Part shown: in pieces, positions 9,827-20,399 of the stretch | Position numbering within the stretch: the first letter of the stretch is position 1 | Layout: the number at the start of each line of letters is the position of its first letter | Source of the DNA: Myxococcota bacterium | GTDB taxonomy: Bacteria; Myxococcota_A; UBA796 | NCBI GenBank assembly: GCA_036156175.1 | Contig: JAYZVA010000058.1 | Span: 1-63,443, forward strand | Length of the DNA: 63,443 nucleotides | Direction: 5' to 3' | Notes under the pieces: model-generated | Database searches by the model: none | The model's input: only the letters and a program-made list of their open reading frames with translations | Told to the model about the DNA's origin: nothing | Program-made: the position numbers and the translations under genes

Positions 9827-11059
9827 ATGACCGCTCTGCTTCACAAAATCCAGAATCTCGGTGTTCACGACGGCCTCGACTCCTTTGACATCAAGCGCGT
9901 CCGATTGCTGAATTCGCTGTGCGTGTTGGGCCTGAGCGCCTGCTTGGCGGTCGTCCCGTGGGTGTTCATCCAAGACAACCTCAACGGCCTGTGGGGCAAC
10001 CTGCTGAGTCAGGGCGCCATCGGCGGCGTCTGTTGGCTGCAGCACCGCCGCCGCTACCGGATCGCAGCGATGGTGCTGAGCCTGATTGGTCTGGTGGGCG
10101 TGCCCCTGCAGATGGTCATGTTTCCCGAGACCTGGGGCATTCACTTCTGGCTTCTGCCCCTGTCGCTGCTGCCCCAGGTCATCTTCTTCCGAGACGACCG
10201 GCGCATCGCCGTGGCCCTGGGGTGGGCCATGTTCATCGCTTTCACGGCCTGCGTCCTGCATGCCGGAGCCAAGACTTCGCAGGAAGCCCCCGAGATGGCG
10301 GCCCAAATCCTGGCGGCCATCACCTTGATGTTGATCGGCGGAGCGGTGCGCAACTCCGTGCACGAGGCGGAGCAAGAGGCCCTCGACCAAGCCGACAAGG
10401 CCGAGTCCATTCTGCGCATGACCCTGCCCCGAGCCGCCGTGGAGCAACTCAAGGGCGGGCAGCAGCCGCCGTTCGAGGTGTCGAACGACGACTGCACGGT
10501 GATGATGGCCGACATCGTGGGGTTCACCCAGATGGCCGAGACCATCCGACCCCAGGAGTTGATTCGAATTCTGGACGAGATTTTCCACGAATACGACCGG
10601 CTCGCGGAGCGCCGCGGCCTGGAGAAGATCAAGACCATGGGCGACGGCTACATGATCGCGGCGGGGGCGCCCGACCCGTATCCGGGCCACGAAGACGCCA
10701 TCGCGCGGCTTGCCCTCGACCTCGTGGCGACCACCCGCGAGCTCGGAAAACGCTTTGGTCTGCCCTTGCAAGTCCGAATCGGCATTCACTCGGGCGTGGC
10801 GTGGGGCGGGGTGATCGGCCAGACGCGCATCGCCTACGACATCTGGGGCGACACGGTGAACATGGCCGCGCGCATGGAACAACACGGCCTGCCGGGGCGA
10901 ATCCAGCTGTCGCAAGAAACCGCGGAAAGGCTCTCGGGCCGGTTCAACATCGAAGCCCGTGGCATGATTGCGGTGAAGAACAAGGGCGAAGTCCACACCT
11001 ACTTTTTGAACGGCGTCGCCGATGAACCGGCGAGTGCGCAGACCGAGGCGGCATCATGA
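9827..11059 (+). CDS. Membrane-bound class III adenylate/guanylate cyclase
   Basis: N-terminal TM helices; ADIVGFT, EKIKTMGDGYM (Lys suggests ATP specificity), YDIWGDTVNMAARME, VKNKG. Confidence 0.92.
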   Translation: MTALLHKIQNLGVHDGLDSFDIKRVRLLNSLCVLGLSACLAVVPWVFIQDNLNGLWGNLLSQGAIGGVCWLQHRRRYRIAAMVLSLIGLVGVPLQMVMFPETWGIHFWLLPLSLLPQVIFFRDDRRIAVALGWAMFIAFTACVLHAGAKTSQEAPEMAAQILAAITLMLIGGAVRNSVHEAEQEALDQADKAESILRMTLPRAAVEQLKGGQQPPFEVSNDDCTVMMADIVGFTQMAETIRPQELIRILDEIFHEYDRLAERRGLEKIKTMGDGYMIAAGAPDPYPGHEDAIARLALDLVATTRELGKRFGLPLQVRIGIHSGVAWGGVIGQTRIAYDIWGDTVNMAARMEQHGLPGRIQLSQETAERLSGRFNIEARGMIAVKNKGEVHTYFLNGVADEPASAQTEAAS

Positions 11060-11823
11060 GCATTCCTTACCGAGAGCTGCGGGTGGACCGCGACGGAAGC
11101 GTTGCCCGATTGACGATGAACCGACCGGAGAAGCGCAACGCGCTGAGCGCGCGATTGGTGGGGGAGTTGATCGCCGCGCTGCGGGACGCCAACGCCGATC
11201 GGGGAACCCGGGTGGTGGTGCTCACGGGCGCCGGCGGAAGCTTCTGTGCCGGGGCGGATCTGTCCCTGCTGAGTGGCGGCGACGACTACGATGACGGGTT
11301 CGTGAGCCCGGGTGGGTTTCCCGAGCTCAACCGAACCCTCCGTCGAATGACCACCCCGGTGATCGCGCGGGTCGAGCGCCATGCGCTCGCGGGTGGACTC
11401 GCGCTGGTCTGCAACGCCACGTTTGCCATCGCCGAAGACACCGCACGGTTCGCGGCACCCGAGATCGATCGGGGCCTGTTTCCCATGATGGTGCTCGCAT
11501 CGCTGTTTCGAACCGTGAGCCGCCGCGACGGGATGGACATCGTCCTGACTGGGCGCTCGGTGGCGGCCCCCGAAGCCGCGCGCATGGGCCTGATCAACCA
11601 ATCGGTCCCCGCCGACCGCCTCGATGAAACGGTCGATGCGCTGGCGGCGACCCTGGCCGAGAAGCCCCCGGCAGCCATGCTCTTGGGAATGCGGGCCATC
11701 CACGACCAAGAAGCCTGGGACTTCGACACCGCGCTCGACGAGCTGCAGGGCCGCTTGTTCGAGGTGCTGCAGACCGACGACGCCAAGGCGGGCATCGCGG
11801 CGTTTTTGACCAAACGCTCGTGA
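11056..11823 (+). CDS. Enoyl-CoA hydratase/isomerase family protein
   Basis: MNRPEKRNAL, FCAGADL, AGGLAL, PEIDRGLFP; ATGA overlap with the cyclase. Confidence 0.92.
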   Translation: MSIPYRELRVDRDGSVARLTMNRPEKRNALSARLVGELIAALRDANADRGTRVVVLTGAGGSFCAGADLSLLSGGDDYDDGFVSPGGFPELNRTLRRMTTPVIARVERHALAGGLALVCNATFAIAEDTARFAAPEIDRGLFPMMVLASLFRTVSRRDGMDIVLTGRSVAAPEAARMGLINQSVPADRLDETVDALAATLAEKPPAAMLLGMRAIHDQEAWDFDTALDELQGRLFEVLQTDDAKAGIAAFLTKRS

Positions 11824-11839
11824 ACCACCGGTCGGGCAA

Positions 11840-12751
11840 CTACCGACGCTTGGTTCGCTTCTTCTTGCCCCGCCGTTGTTTTCGTTCCGATTGGCTGTGA
11901 ACCGGAAACGCCGAGGAAGCTCCGGGCGGCGGTCGCGCACCGGGCGATTCACTGGGCGCCGCCCCGTCTTCGGCGGCGGGTTCCGCGGGAGGCTCGACCG
12001 GCGGCGGGGCGGGCGCCACCGGCGGTGGGGGGTCGGGCACCGCAAGCGGCGCGGAATCCACCCGACGCTCCGCGGGCGGGGCAGGGACGCAGTCGAGCAG
12101 GGGACCCAGGTTGCGGATGCCGCGGCGAATGCGCCGCACCCGATTGCGGACGGCCGCCGTCTCCGCTGTGGGATCGCGCAGCAGCGGAGACGGCAGAATG
12201 GAGGCGAGGGCCGCCGATTGAGCCGCGGTCAGTTGAGCGGCGTCCCGGTCAAAGTGGTGCCGAGCCGCGGCTTGGACCCCGTACACTCCGGGCCCAAATT
12301 CCACGATGTTGAGGTACACCTCCACGATGCGCTGCTTGGACCACGCCGCCTCCAGCACATGAACCAGGCCCACCTCGAGCCCTTTGCGCATCACGCTGCG
12401 ACCGGGCCACAAGTACAAGTTCTTCACCGTCTGCATCGAAATCGTGCTGGCGCCGCGCAGCCGACCGGCATCGCGGTATTCCTCCACCACGTCGCCGACC
12501 GCCGACCAGTCAACGCCGTTGTGCTCGCAGAATCGGTTGTCCTCGGCCGCGATCACCGCCCGGGCAAGGTGGGGGCTCATCTCGGTGAGGGGCACCCAGG
12601 TTTTCGCAACGCCGTGGCCCTGAGTCGCGCGAATCACCATGAGCGGTGTCAGCGGCACGGGAACCACGGCAAACACCGCAATGTGCGCCGCCAACGCCAC
12701 GAGCAGGCCCAGCAGCAGTCGCACCAGCCCGCGCCGAAGCCGCCCGATCAC
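11840..12751 (-). CDS. mtgA: Monofunctional peptidoglycan transglycosylase
   Basis: GT51 motifs AAEDNRFCEHNG, RGASTISMQTVKNL, RKGLE, YLNIVEFG. GTG 12751 is coupled to the upstream stop. Confidence 0.92.
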   Translation of the reverse strand: MIGRLRRGLVRLLLGLLVALAAHIAVFAVVPVPLTPLMVIRATQGHGVAKTWVPLTEMSPHLARAVIAAEDNRFCEHNGVDWSAVGDVVEEYRDAGRLRGASTISMQTVKNLYLWPGRSVMRKGLEVGLVHVLEAAWSKQRIVEVYLNIVEFGPGVYGVQAAARHHFDRDAAQLTAAQSAALASILPSPLLRDPTAETAAVRNRVRRIRRGIRNLGPLLDCVPAPPAERRVDSAPLAVPDPPPPVAPAPPPVEPPAEPAAEDGAAPSESPGARPPPGASSAFPVHSQSERKQRRGKKKRTKRR

Positions 12752-15045
12752 CGCCGTCTGACCGCCACGCCAACGCTCAAGGCAATGACGAACCACGAAC
12801 CCAAGGCCACAACGCCGTTGTACCGGCCGTGGTGGGCATCGCCGATCCATTGCCGCCGACTCAGACGGGGATTTTCGGGCGGGCGGATGGTTCGCAGCAA
12901 CTCTTTGGGGTCATCCGATGGCTTGCCTTTGAAGGAAAACACCAGGGCGTGCACCCCGTTTTCCCGCACCACCGTCGGATCGCTGTCGACGCTGCGCAGC
13001 TCCGCTTCCATCAGCGATGCGTCCTGGGTCAAGAACAGATCCGGCCGCAGCATCACGCTCTTGAATCCGAGCCCCGACAAGGTGGGCGCCACCGAGTCGG
13101 GCTGCTCGCTCAGCAGCAGATCTTGCAGCCAAAAGTTCAAGTGCTGGCGCATGCGATGGGGCTTGCTGTGCACGCAGTCCTCGGCGATGGCCCGTCCGTG
13201 ACTGAGTTGATCGAGGCACGAGAAGTTGGCCATCCACCGTTCGTGGTTCACCCCGCGGTTCTCGACCACGGGCAGCAGCTCCAGCACGGGACCCGTGGCG
13301 TCATCCAGCTGTGCGGGGCCCGCGATGTACCGAAACTCTTGTCGGTAGGGCGTGCCGATCCGCATGAAGGCCTCGGCGACCACGACGCCCAGAATCAGAA
13401 TGCCCCGCCACCCCCACCGCGGCGCCATGTGGGTGGCCACCCGGGCGGCCACGACCCCGCCGCACAGCGACCACAGCCACGCCCAGCGGACCGGGAATCG
13501 AAGAAACCCGGCCACCGGACCGGTGACCCAAGACAAGTTCGCGGGAACCAAAATCAGGTTGTGACTGGCAGCAAACTGCGGAATCATCGATGCCACAACC
13601 GCCCCAAACCCGGACCACATCAACGCCCGCCAACGGCCCTTGGGCAGCACCTTTGTCCCGAGGACCACCAGACCCAGCATCCAACCAAAGACGATGGGCG
13701 CCATCGAGTGCTCGGCCCGATCGATCTCGGGCGTGGCCGCCAACAGACCGGACATGTGGGCGCTCATGGGGTTGAGGGGCTCGAGTTCTTCCCGAGAGGG
13801 GGCCGTGCCCTGCATGTAGTACAGGACATAGGCGACCATGAAGACCGCGGCGCCGATCATCAGCTCTTTGGGGCGCTGCTTCGACTGCAGCAACAGCGCC
13901 GCAGCCATTGCCAGCGCAATGACGCCAACGTAGGCGGTGGTCAACCAGCACAGTACAAAGAGGATCAATGCGGCGATCGACTGCCGGCGCGTCCCCGATT
14001 CCCCGCTGGCTCGCCACAAACACGCGCCAAACCACGGCAGCCACGGGTTGAACACCTGGTAGACGTGGCCCTCGAGCAAGCTCGTAGCGGCCATGCCGCA
14101 GAACCCGTAGCCGAACCCGGCCAACATGGTCCACGGCTGCTTGGCGCCCACCGCCTTGGCGAAATGCGTGGCAGACCAGGCGTTCACCGCAACCCCCACG
14201 ATGCCGATCAACCCGAAGATCTTGCCCGTGCCCAGACTCTGGAGCGCGATGGCGATCGGCACCAAGAGGTAGGAATCCAGACGACTGATGTCCCCACCGA
14301 GCGGCCACGCGGTGAACGAGTCAACGGTCCCGAGCAGCCGGTTGGCAGCACCGATCACCCAAAGGGTGCCCGGGGTGTCGAAGTGGCGGCCCACCACAAG
14401 GTCGTCGTTGGATAGCGCCGATGGCCACGTCCAGGCCACCGCCAACCCGAGCCATACGAGCAACCAGATTGGTTCGGGCATCCGAAATTCGATGGCCCGG
14501 CCCTCGCGCTCGAGGCGACCAAGCACGATGATCAAGCTGACGATCAGAATCCACAACGCCCCACCGCCCAGGAACATCGCCTCCTGAATCGCCATGCTCT
14601 CTTGGCTGACCGGGGACGACGAGCGCTGCACTCGGCCGTCTTCCGTCACCAGCCACGAGTGGCGCTGGTCCCCGTTGTGCAAGACCACCAGGTCATCAAA
14701 TCGTGGCCCATTGCCGACCCGGATTTCGACCGGGAGCAACCGGCCGTGCGGCACCGGGAAGGTGGCCGAGTACACGCCCACTTCGGTCAAGTTCAGCCGC
14801 CGCGTACGTTGTTCGCCGCCGGTGGTGATGGTGATGGTCGGTGCGCCATTGGTCGACCAGACCGCTAACTCGACAAACCAGACCCCCTCGTCGCGCCCCT
14901 CGGTCGGCGCTTGCCACAGCCGCTCGCCGGGCGCGCCGTGGTGCTCGGACGCCGCGCGGTCCGGCGGCGGCACCGACCCCTGGGCGGCTGCAGTGGGGAC
15001 CACCGCAGTCAGCCAGAGGCTCAACATGATCAACAACCAACGCAT
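12748..15045 (-). CDS. Polytopic membrane protein, GT-C/YfhO-like, with N-terminal exported domain
   Basis: Signal peptide and small beta-rich domain, then TWP...HFDTPGTLW first-loop motif, many TM helices, RFPVRW, QLSHGRAI. Confidence 0.55.
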   Translation of the reverse strand: MRWLLIMLSLWLTAVVPTAAAQGSVPPPDRAASEHHGAPGERLWQAPTEGRDEGVWFVELAVWSTNGAPTITITTGGEQRTRRLNLTEVGVYSATFPVPHGRLLPVEIRVGNGPRFDDLVVLHNGDQRHSWLVTEDGRVQRSSSPVSQESMAIQEAMFLGGGALWILIVSLIIVLGRLEREGRAIEFRMPEPIWLLVWLGLAVAWTWPSALSNDDLVVGRHFDTPGTLWVIGAANRLLGTVDSFTAWPLGGDISRLDSYLLVPIAIALQSLGTGKIFGLIGIVGVAVNAWSATHFAKAVGAKQPWTMLAGFGYGFCGMAATSLLEGHVYQVFNPWLPWFGACLWRASGESGTRRQSIAALILFVLCWLTTAYVGVIALAMAAALLLQSKQRPKELMIGAAVFMVAYVLYYMQGTAPSREELEPLNPMSAHMSGLLAATPEIDRAEHSMAPIVFGWMLGLVVLGTKVLPKGRWRALMWSGFGAVVASMIPQFAASHNLILVPANLSWVTGPVAGFLRFPVRWAWLWSLCGGVVAARVATHMAPRWGWRGILILGVVVAEAFMRIGTPYRQEFRYIAGPAQLDDATGPVLELLPVVENRGVNHERWMANFSCLDQLSHGRAIAEDCVHSKPHRMRQHLNFWLQDLLLSEQPDSVAPTLSGLGFKSVMLRPDLFLTQDASLMEAELRSVDSDPTVVRENGVHALVFSFKGKPSDDPKELLRTIRPPENPRLSRRQWIGDAHHGRYNGVVALGSWFVIALSVGVAVRRR

Positions 15046-15110
15046 CGGACCCATACTCCCACAAGACGAGCGGTATCCCGGTGGCGAAGTCTCCTGGGTT
15101 GTGACCGACC

Positions 15111-17063
15111 CTACTTTGAGGCTTCTTGTTCGCCGCGGTCGACGACCCCGCCAAACACCAAACGGCGGTTCTGCCGGCCACTTGTGAGGTCCGAACCGTG
15201 CTCATCGGGCAGGGCCGTGAGGTTCACCTCGGGGGCCTCCAAGATTTCGGCTTCCTCCATCATCTGCGTCGCCAGTTTGCGCGCGGTGGCATCCGAGTTC
15301 CGCTTGATGGACTTGAACAACCCGTCCACCTGCACCCGGCTGCGCTCCAGCCAGTACTGGGCGCGCAGCGACGTCGACTTCTCGCCGCGGTCCCGGTCGG
15401 ACTGGGCGCGGGCCGCGGTCAATGCCATCACGGCGAGCTCCGTGCCGATGTCCACCAACCGAGCGAGGGTCAGCTGCTTCATCTCGAGCTTCGGGCCGTT
15501 CAAGAGCATCGCGTGGAACAGCGTCCGAGCGAGCTTGCGGGAGCGGCTCTCAATCCACCGCATGTGGTCGGCCAGGTCGTCGTCGAACTGGCTGAACGAC
15601 GTGAACAGGCCACCAATCCAGAGCATCGGGTACCAGCGCGCGTAGAAGACGGCGCAGGTGGCGAGGCTCTTGAGCTTCTCGCCGATGCTGCTCTTCGGGC
15701 TGAGGAGCGGCTTGGCCATGCCCAAGTGCTTGTCGAGGGACTCCCGCGCCAAGAACAAGTGCATCACGTCCGTCGTTCCTTCGACGATGCGGTTGATGCG
15801 CGCGTCGCGGAACGCCCGCTCGATCGGCACCGGCACTTCGCCACGAGCTTCAAGGGACGAGGCGGTTTCGTAGCCCCGACCGCCCTTGAACTGCAGGCCC
15901 AAATCGACCAGGTCCCAGCCAAGCTCCGTGTTGTACATCTTGGCCGCCGCCGCTTCCATCCGGATGTCGGTGTCGCCGCGATCGGATGTCGCCGCGCAGA
16001 AGTCGGCCAGCGCCTGCATCGCGTACTGACCGCCGCCCATCTGCGCCAGCTTGTCGCATCCCGCCTCGTGGTCGCCAATGTTCCGGCCCCACTGATGGCG
16101 GGTCTTGCCCCACGACGCCAGGTGATCGGTCAGCGCCCCCACCGCGCCCGCGGTGATGGCGGGGATGCCCAGACGCCCATCGTTGAGGGTGGTCAGCGCC
16201 AACCGCAGGCCCTTTCCTTCGCCCCAGATGATGTTCTCGGACGGCACCTTCACGTTTGTGAACCGAATCAAGCCGTTTTCGATCGCCCGAAGCCCCATGA
16301 AGCGGCACCGGTGCATGACCTCGATGCCCGGCGTGTCGCGCTCCACAATGAAGGCCGTGATCTGCTTGATCTCGCGGCCGTTCTTTTGAATGGGTGGGGT
16401 CGCCGCCATGACCACGTACAGGTCCGCAATCACGCCGTTGGTGCACCACAGCTTCTCGCCGTTGATCACCCAGTGCTTGCCGTCTTCGGTGGGGGTTGCG
16501 GTCGTGCTCATCTGCGCCGGGTCCGAGCCCACCGAGGGTTCCGTGAGGCCAAACGCCGAGACGGCACCGGCCGCCACCATGGGCAGAAACTTCTCTTTCT
16601 GCTCCTTGGTTCCGAACAACTTCAGGGGTTGCGGCACCCCGATCGATTGGTGCGCGCTCAGCGTGGCCACGGTCGAGCCGCAGTACTTCGCGACCACCGA
16701 GAGCAGGCGCATGTAGTTGGTCTGACTCAGGCCGAGCCCGCCATACTCGGTCGGGATCTTGATTCCAAACAGCCCCAGGTCGGCCAGTCCGCGCAACACG
16801 GACGCGGGAATTTCCCCGGTTGCATCGATTTCTTCCCCATCGATGTTGTCCACGCACCACGCATCGACTTTGGCGCACCACTCGTCGCCAATGGCCTTGT
16901 CTTCCGGGGTTTGCTCGGGGAAGGGGTAGCACATGGCCACGTCCAGATCGCCCATGAACATCGACGCCATGAAGGACTTGGATTTCCAATCGGCCTCGCG
17001 GCTCTCTTCGGCGACCGCGATGGACTTGTCTTCCTCTTGATTCCGGTTTTTGTTTTCGATCAT
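15111..17063 (-). CDS. Acyl-CoA dehydrogenase (long, ACAD9/VLCAD-like)
   Basis: IPTEYGGLGL, AFGLTEPSVGSD, NGEKLWCTNG, GGRGY, RINRIVEGT. GGAGG RBS before ATG 17063. Confidence 0.93.
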   Translation of the reverse strand: MIENKNRNQEEDKSIAVAEESREADWKSKSFMASMFMGDLDVAMCYPFPEQTPEDKAIGDEWCAKVDAWCVDNIDGEEIDATGEIPASVLRGLADLGLFGIKIPTEYGGLGLSQTNYMRLLSVVAKYCGSTVATLSAHQSIGVPQPLKLFGTKEQKEKFLPMVAAGAVSAFGLTEPSVGSDPAQMSTTATPTEDGKHWVINGEKLWCTNGVIADLYVVMAATPPIQKNGREIKQITAFIVERDTPGIEVMHRCRFMGLRAIENGLIRFTNVKVPSENIIWGEGKGLRLALTTLNDGRLGIPAITAGAVGALTDHLASWGKTRHQWGRNIGDHEAGCDKLAQMGGGQYAMQALADFCAATSDRGDTDIRMEAAAAKMYNTELGWDLVDLGLQFKGGRGYETASSLEARGEVPVPIERAFRDARINRIVEGTTDVMHLFLARESLDKHLGMAKPLLSPKSSIGEKLKSLATCAVFYARWYPMLWIGGLFTSFSQFDDDLADHMRWIESRSRKLARTLFHAMLLNGPKLEMKQLTLARLVDIGTELAVMALTAARAQSDRDRGEKSTSLRAQYWLERSRVQVDGLFKSIKRNSDATARKLATQMMEEAEILEAPEVNLTALPDEHGSDLTSGRQNRRLVFGGVVDRGEQEASK

Positions 17064-17082
17064 GACGGGTTCCCCTCCAAAA

Positions 17083-17102
17083 ATGAATGAATACTCATTC
17101 AG
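17083..17102. promoter_or_regulatory. TetR-family (Bacillus FadR-type) operator ATGAATGAATACTCATTCAG
   Basis: Perfect inverted repeat TGAATGA-N4-TCATTCA, 20 nt upstream of the acyl-CoA dehydrogenase start. Confidence 0.75.
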
Positions 17103-17260
17103 TGTACCGAAAAGATCCCGCTTCTGCTCGCAAAAAGCATGTAGCGAACCCATCAAGCCGCGCACTGCGGAGCCCCTGCGGGCAAACTGATCGCGATCAA
17201 CCTCGGTCTCCGGCGGTCCACCGCATTGGCGCGCGGGCACACATCGGGTGATGCATCGGC

Positions 17261-17965
17261 ATGGGTGCTCCATCCAAGCGTCGGGCGCGAATCGCCCTCT
17301 TGTTCAGCATCGTCATGACCGTGGCGGTCTATGCCCTGCCGTTCGGAACGGTGGTGGCCTACCCCCTGGTGTTGCTGTCCACGCTGGCGCACGAACTCGG
17401 TCACGGCATCGCCGCAATGATGGTTGGGTGCTCCTTCGAGGAGTTCGTCCTGTACAGCGACGGTTCGGGGGCGGCGCTCACGTCGGGCAATCCCGGGCGC
17501 CTGGCCCGGGCTTTCATCAGCGCAGGCGGCCTGATCGGGCCCGCCGTGGCGGCCGCCGGATGTTTCATCGCAGGGCGCAGCGGGCGGGCGGCCCGCTCGG
17601 CACTGGTGACCGTCGGGATCCTCTTGGGCGTGGCCATGGTCGCGCTGATCCGGAACGCGTTTGGGTGGTTCTTTGTGGCCGGAGTGGCGGCGATCTGCCT
17701 GTACAGCGGCACCCGGGCCCGCAGCGACACCGCGCAGCTGATCGTGCTGTTTGTGGGCATCCAGCTCGCCCTCAGCGTCTTCTCCCGCTCCGACTACCTC
17801 TTCACCAATGTGGCCGTCACCGCCACGGGTACGGGCCCGTCCGATGTGGCGCGGATCGCCGACGCCCTGTTCCTGCCGTACTGGGTGTGGGGGATCGCGT
17901 GCGGGGGGTTTAGCGCATGGGTCTTGTGGCGCGGACTTCAAACCTTCTTCCGCGACACAGCGTGA
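17261..17965 (+). CDS. M50B-family membrane metallopeptidase
   Basis: HELGH zinc motif, AGGLIGP, downstream PSD, hydrophobic throughout. Confidence 0.85.
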   Translation: MGAPSKRRARIALLFSIVMTVAVYALPFGTVVAYPLVLLSTLAHELGHGIAAMMVGCSFEEFVLYSDGSGAALTSGNPGRLARAFISAGGLIGPAVAAAGCFIAGRSGRAARSALVTVGILLGVAMVALIRNAFGWFFVAGVAAICLYSGTRARSDTAQLIVLFVGIQLALSVFSRSDYLFTNVAVTATGTGPSDVARIADALFLPYWVWGIACGGFSAWVLWRGLQTFFRDTA

Positions 17966-17988
17966 GTTCATTGCGGTATGAATGAACC

Positions 17989-19716
17989 GTGACCGGTCTT
18001 TCTGCCCTGACTTGGATTGTCGTTGGTGCCGCCGCGGTGGGGCTCGTGGGCACCCGATTGTCCCGGCCGGTCCGCTCCAGCGGCGGGGCGGTGGCCAACG
18101 ACGCCGTGGATGCGCTGTGGATGCTCGGGTTGAGCATTGCGGGCGTCCTGGCCGCCGACGCGATCCACACGACGGCCAACCCGGCCTGGTACCCCGTCGG
18201 CCAAGACTGGCGCGAGTTTGTGGTGCTGGCGCTCGACATCCAATCGGGCGGGCGGTACCACCCGGTGCCCCAGCGGTATCCATTCTATCCATGGGTGGCG
18301 GTCCAACTGGCCGAGGCCACAAACAGCGCCGTGCACATCGCACTGATGCAGGTCAACATCATCGCCGCGGGGCTGCTGCCCGCCGCGGTGTTTCGGTTGG
18401 GCACCGCGATTGGGCCCCGCCCCTTGGCGGTCGCCGGGGGCTGGCTGGCGTTGTTTGTACCCACCGTCGGCTGCATCGTCGGCCCGCCGACCGACTACTT
18501 GTTCCATGGGCTCATCCACGTGGGCGCCATGAGTGCCGGGGTTCGCGCCCTTCGCTTCGGACGGGTTCACCACTGGCTGGGCTTTGGCGGCGCCCTCGCG
18601 CTGCTCATGGCCACGTCGATGAAGAGCTTGGTGTTCTTGCTGGTGGCGGCCCCGCTCGTGGGCGCGGCGCTGCTGTGGACGGCGCGGGCGCGGCCGCTCG
18701 GCGCCGCCATCAACGCAGCGGTGTGGCTGGCCCCAATGGTGCTGATCTGGCAGATCTACGCCGGCATCCCGCGGTGGGTCACCGAAGCCTACAGCCTTGA
18801 GTACAACGTCTACCGAACCCAGGTGGTGGTCGCGCGAGCCCATGGGCGCACGGCACCGTTGCCCACCGACCTCGGGTGGCACCCGTCCGATGAGAAGCGG
18901 CGCGGCTACTGGGGGGTGGGCCGACCGGGCGCATGGTCCAACCTCGACAAAGCCCTCACGTTCTTGTCCCGCGGACCCCAGCACAACCTCCCCCAGTCGG
19001 TTCGCTGGCAAGGCGCAACCGAAGGCATCGCAACCGCGCTGCACGTCCCATCGCCGGCGTGGCTCGGCCTCGGCCTCCTCGGATGCGTGGCGCCCATGCG
19101 GCGCCGACGGCGCGACACGCACCTCGGGCCCCTGTTGGCAACCGCCTGGCTGGGGGGCATCACCGTGGCCCACTTCATGGGGGTCATGGCCACGCACTAC
19201 ATCCCCCGGTACGCCTTGGTCCTGCTGATCACCGGACCCCTCTTGCTGCTGCTTGGGGCGGTGCCGTGGCGCAACACCGCCTGGCTGTGGGCGGTGCCGG
19301 CGGCGGCGGTGACGGCCACGTGGACGGCATCGAGCGCACCGGGCTGGCGTGCCGTTCATGCGAGTGCAGAGGCGCAAGCGATGGCGCTGAACCCGCACGA
19401 GGATTTCTGGGCCGTGCGCAACTCGTTGACCGCCGCCGACCGCGTCGTGGACCTGACCGGGAACCGCATCTTGACCGACCTGTGGCCTGCGGCACGCATC
19501 AACGCCGTTCCCGATGAAGAAACCCACGTGTCGATCCCGCCCCAGCTGAATGGGCGACGGATCCTTGTGATGCCCGGTGCCCTCAACTTGGGCGATCCGG
19601 TTCGTCGGTGGGTCGGCGCCGATGCCGAGCGACTCCGGGAGCTCCGACCCTACGTCTTCGAAGACACAAAGCCGGGCCGAAACCTTACGCTGACGCTTTC
19701 TGGGTTAGGCTCTTGA
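17989..19716 (+). CDS. Polytopic membrane protein, GT-C (ArnT/PMT-like) candidate
   Basis: First-loop GQDWREF, RYPFYPW, many TM segments, PRY motif before a soluble C-terminal domain; directly precedes a GT2. Confidence 0.5.
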   Translation: MTGLSALTWIVVGAAAVGLVGTRLSRPVRSSGGAVANDAVDALWMLGLSIAGVLAADAIHTTANPAWYPVGQDWREFVVLALDIQSGGRYHPVPQRYPFYPWVAVQLAEATNSAVHIALMQVNIIAAGLLPAAVFRLGTAIGPRPLAVAGGWLALFVPTVGCIVGPPTDYLFHGLIHVGAMSAGVRALRFGRVHHWLGFGGALALLMATSMKSLVFLLVAAPLVGAALLWTARARPLGAAINAAVWLAPMVLIWQIYAGIPRWVTEAYSLEYNVYRTQVVVARAHGRTAPLPTDLGWHPSDEKRRGYWGVGRPGAWSNLDKALTFLSRGPQHNLPQSVRWQGATEGIATALHVPSPAWLGLGLLGCVAPMRRRRRDTHLGPLLATAWLGGITVAHFMGVMATHYIPRYALVLLITGPLLLLLGAVPWRNTAWLWAVPAAAVTATWTASSAPGWRAVHASAEAQAMALNPHEDFWAVRNSLTAADRVVDLTGNRILTDLWPAARINAVPDEETHVSIPPQLNGRRILVMPGALNLGDPVRRWVGADAERLRELRPYVFEDTKPGRNLTLTLSGLGS

Positions 19717-19718
19717 TT

Positions 19719-20390
19719 ATGTCCGTGGCCATCGTCATTCCCGCCTACAACACCCAATCCTCGCTGACCCGGGTCTTGTCGGAGATTCCCGAATCCCTCC
19801 ACGAGGGCGTGGTGGTCGTCGACGACGGGTCGGACCGACCGATCGAAGCCCCCGGGTTTCGCGTCATCCGTCACGACCAGAACCGCGGGTACGGCGCCGC
19901 CCAAAAGACCGGATACGACGCCGCGCTTGCCGCAGGCGCATCGCGCGTTCTGCTCCTTCACGGAGACGGCCAGTACGCCACCAACGACGTGCTCGGCTTG
20001 AACGACGTCTTGGCCGCCTGCGATGCCGCCATCGGGAGCCGCTTCCTCAACATGGCGGGCGACCAAATTCCACTGTGGCGCCGGGCGGGAAACCGCACCT
20101 TGACCTTCATGGCCAACCTCCGATTTGGAACCCACGTCTCCGAGCTGCACTCGGGCGCCCGCGGGTTTCGGGCCGAGGTCCTCCGCGACCTCGACTACCA
20201 CCGATTCAGCGACGACTACATCTTCGACCACCAAGTCCTGGCCAGCCTGCTCGACCGGGGCATCACCATCGGCGAGCGGAAGGTCAAGTGCGCGTACGAC
20301 GACACCGTTCAATCCATCGGGATCGGTCCGAGCATTCGGTACGCCATGGGTGTTGTGCGCACGATCGTCCGGCCGCCTCCGCAGTCCTGA
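19719..20390 (+). CDS. GT2 glycosyltransferase (polyprenol-phosphate glycosyltransferase-like)
   Basis: VIPAYN, VVDDGSD, NRGYGAAQKTG, HGDGQY, GSRF, SGARGF. Confidence 0.9.
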   Translation: MSVAIVIPAYNTQSSLTRVLSEIPESLHEGVVVVDDGSDRPIEAPGFRVIRHDQNRGYGAAQKTGYDAALAAGASRVLLLHGDGQYATNDVLGLNDVLAACDAAIGSRFLNMAGDQIPLWRRAGNRTLTFMANLRFGTHVSELHSGARGFRAEVLRDLDYHRFSDDYIFDHQVLASLLDRGITIGERKVKCAYDDTVQSIGIGPSIRYAMGVVRTIVRPPPQS

Positions 20391-20399
20391 CCACCGCCC

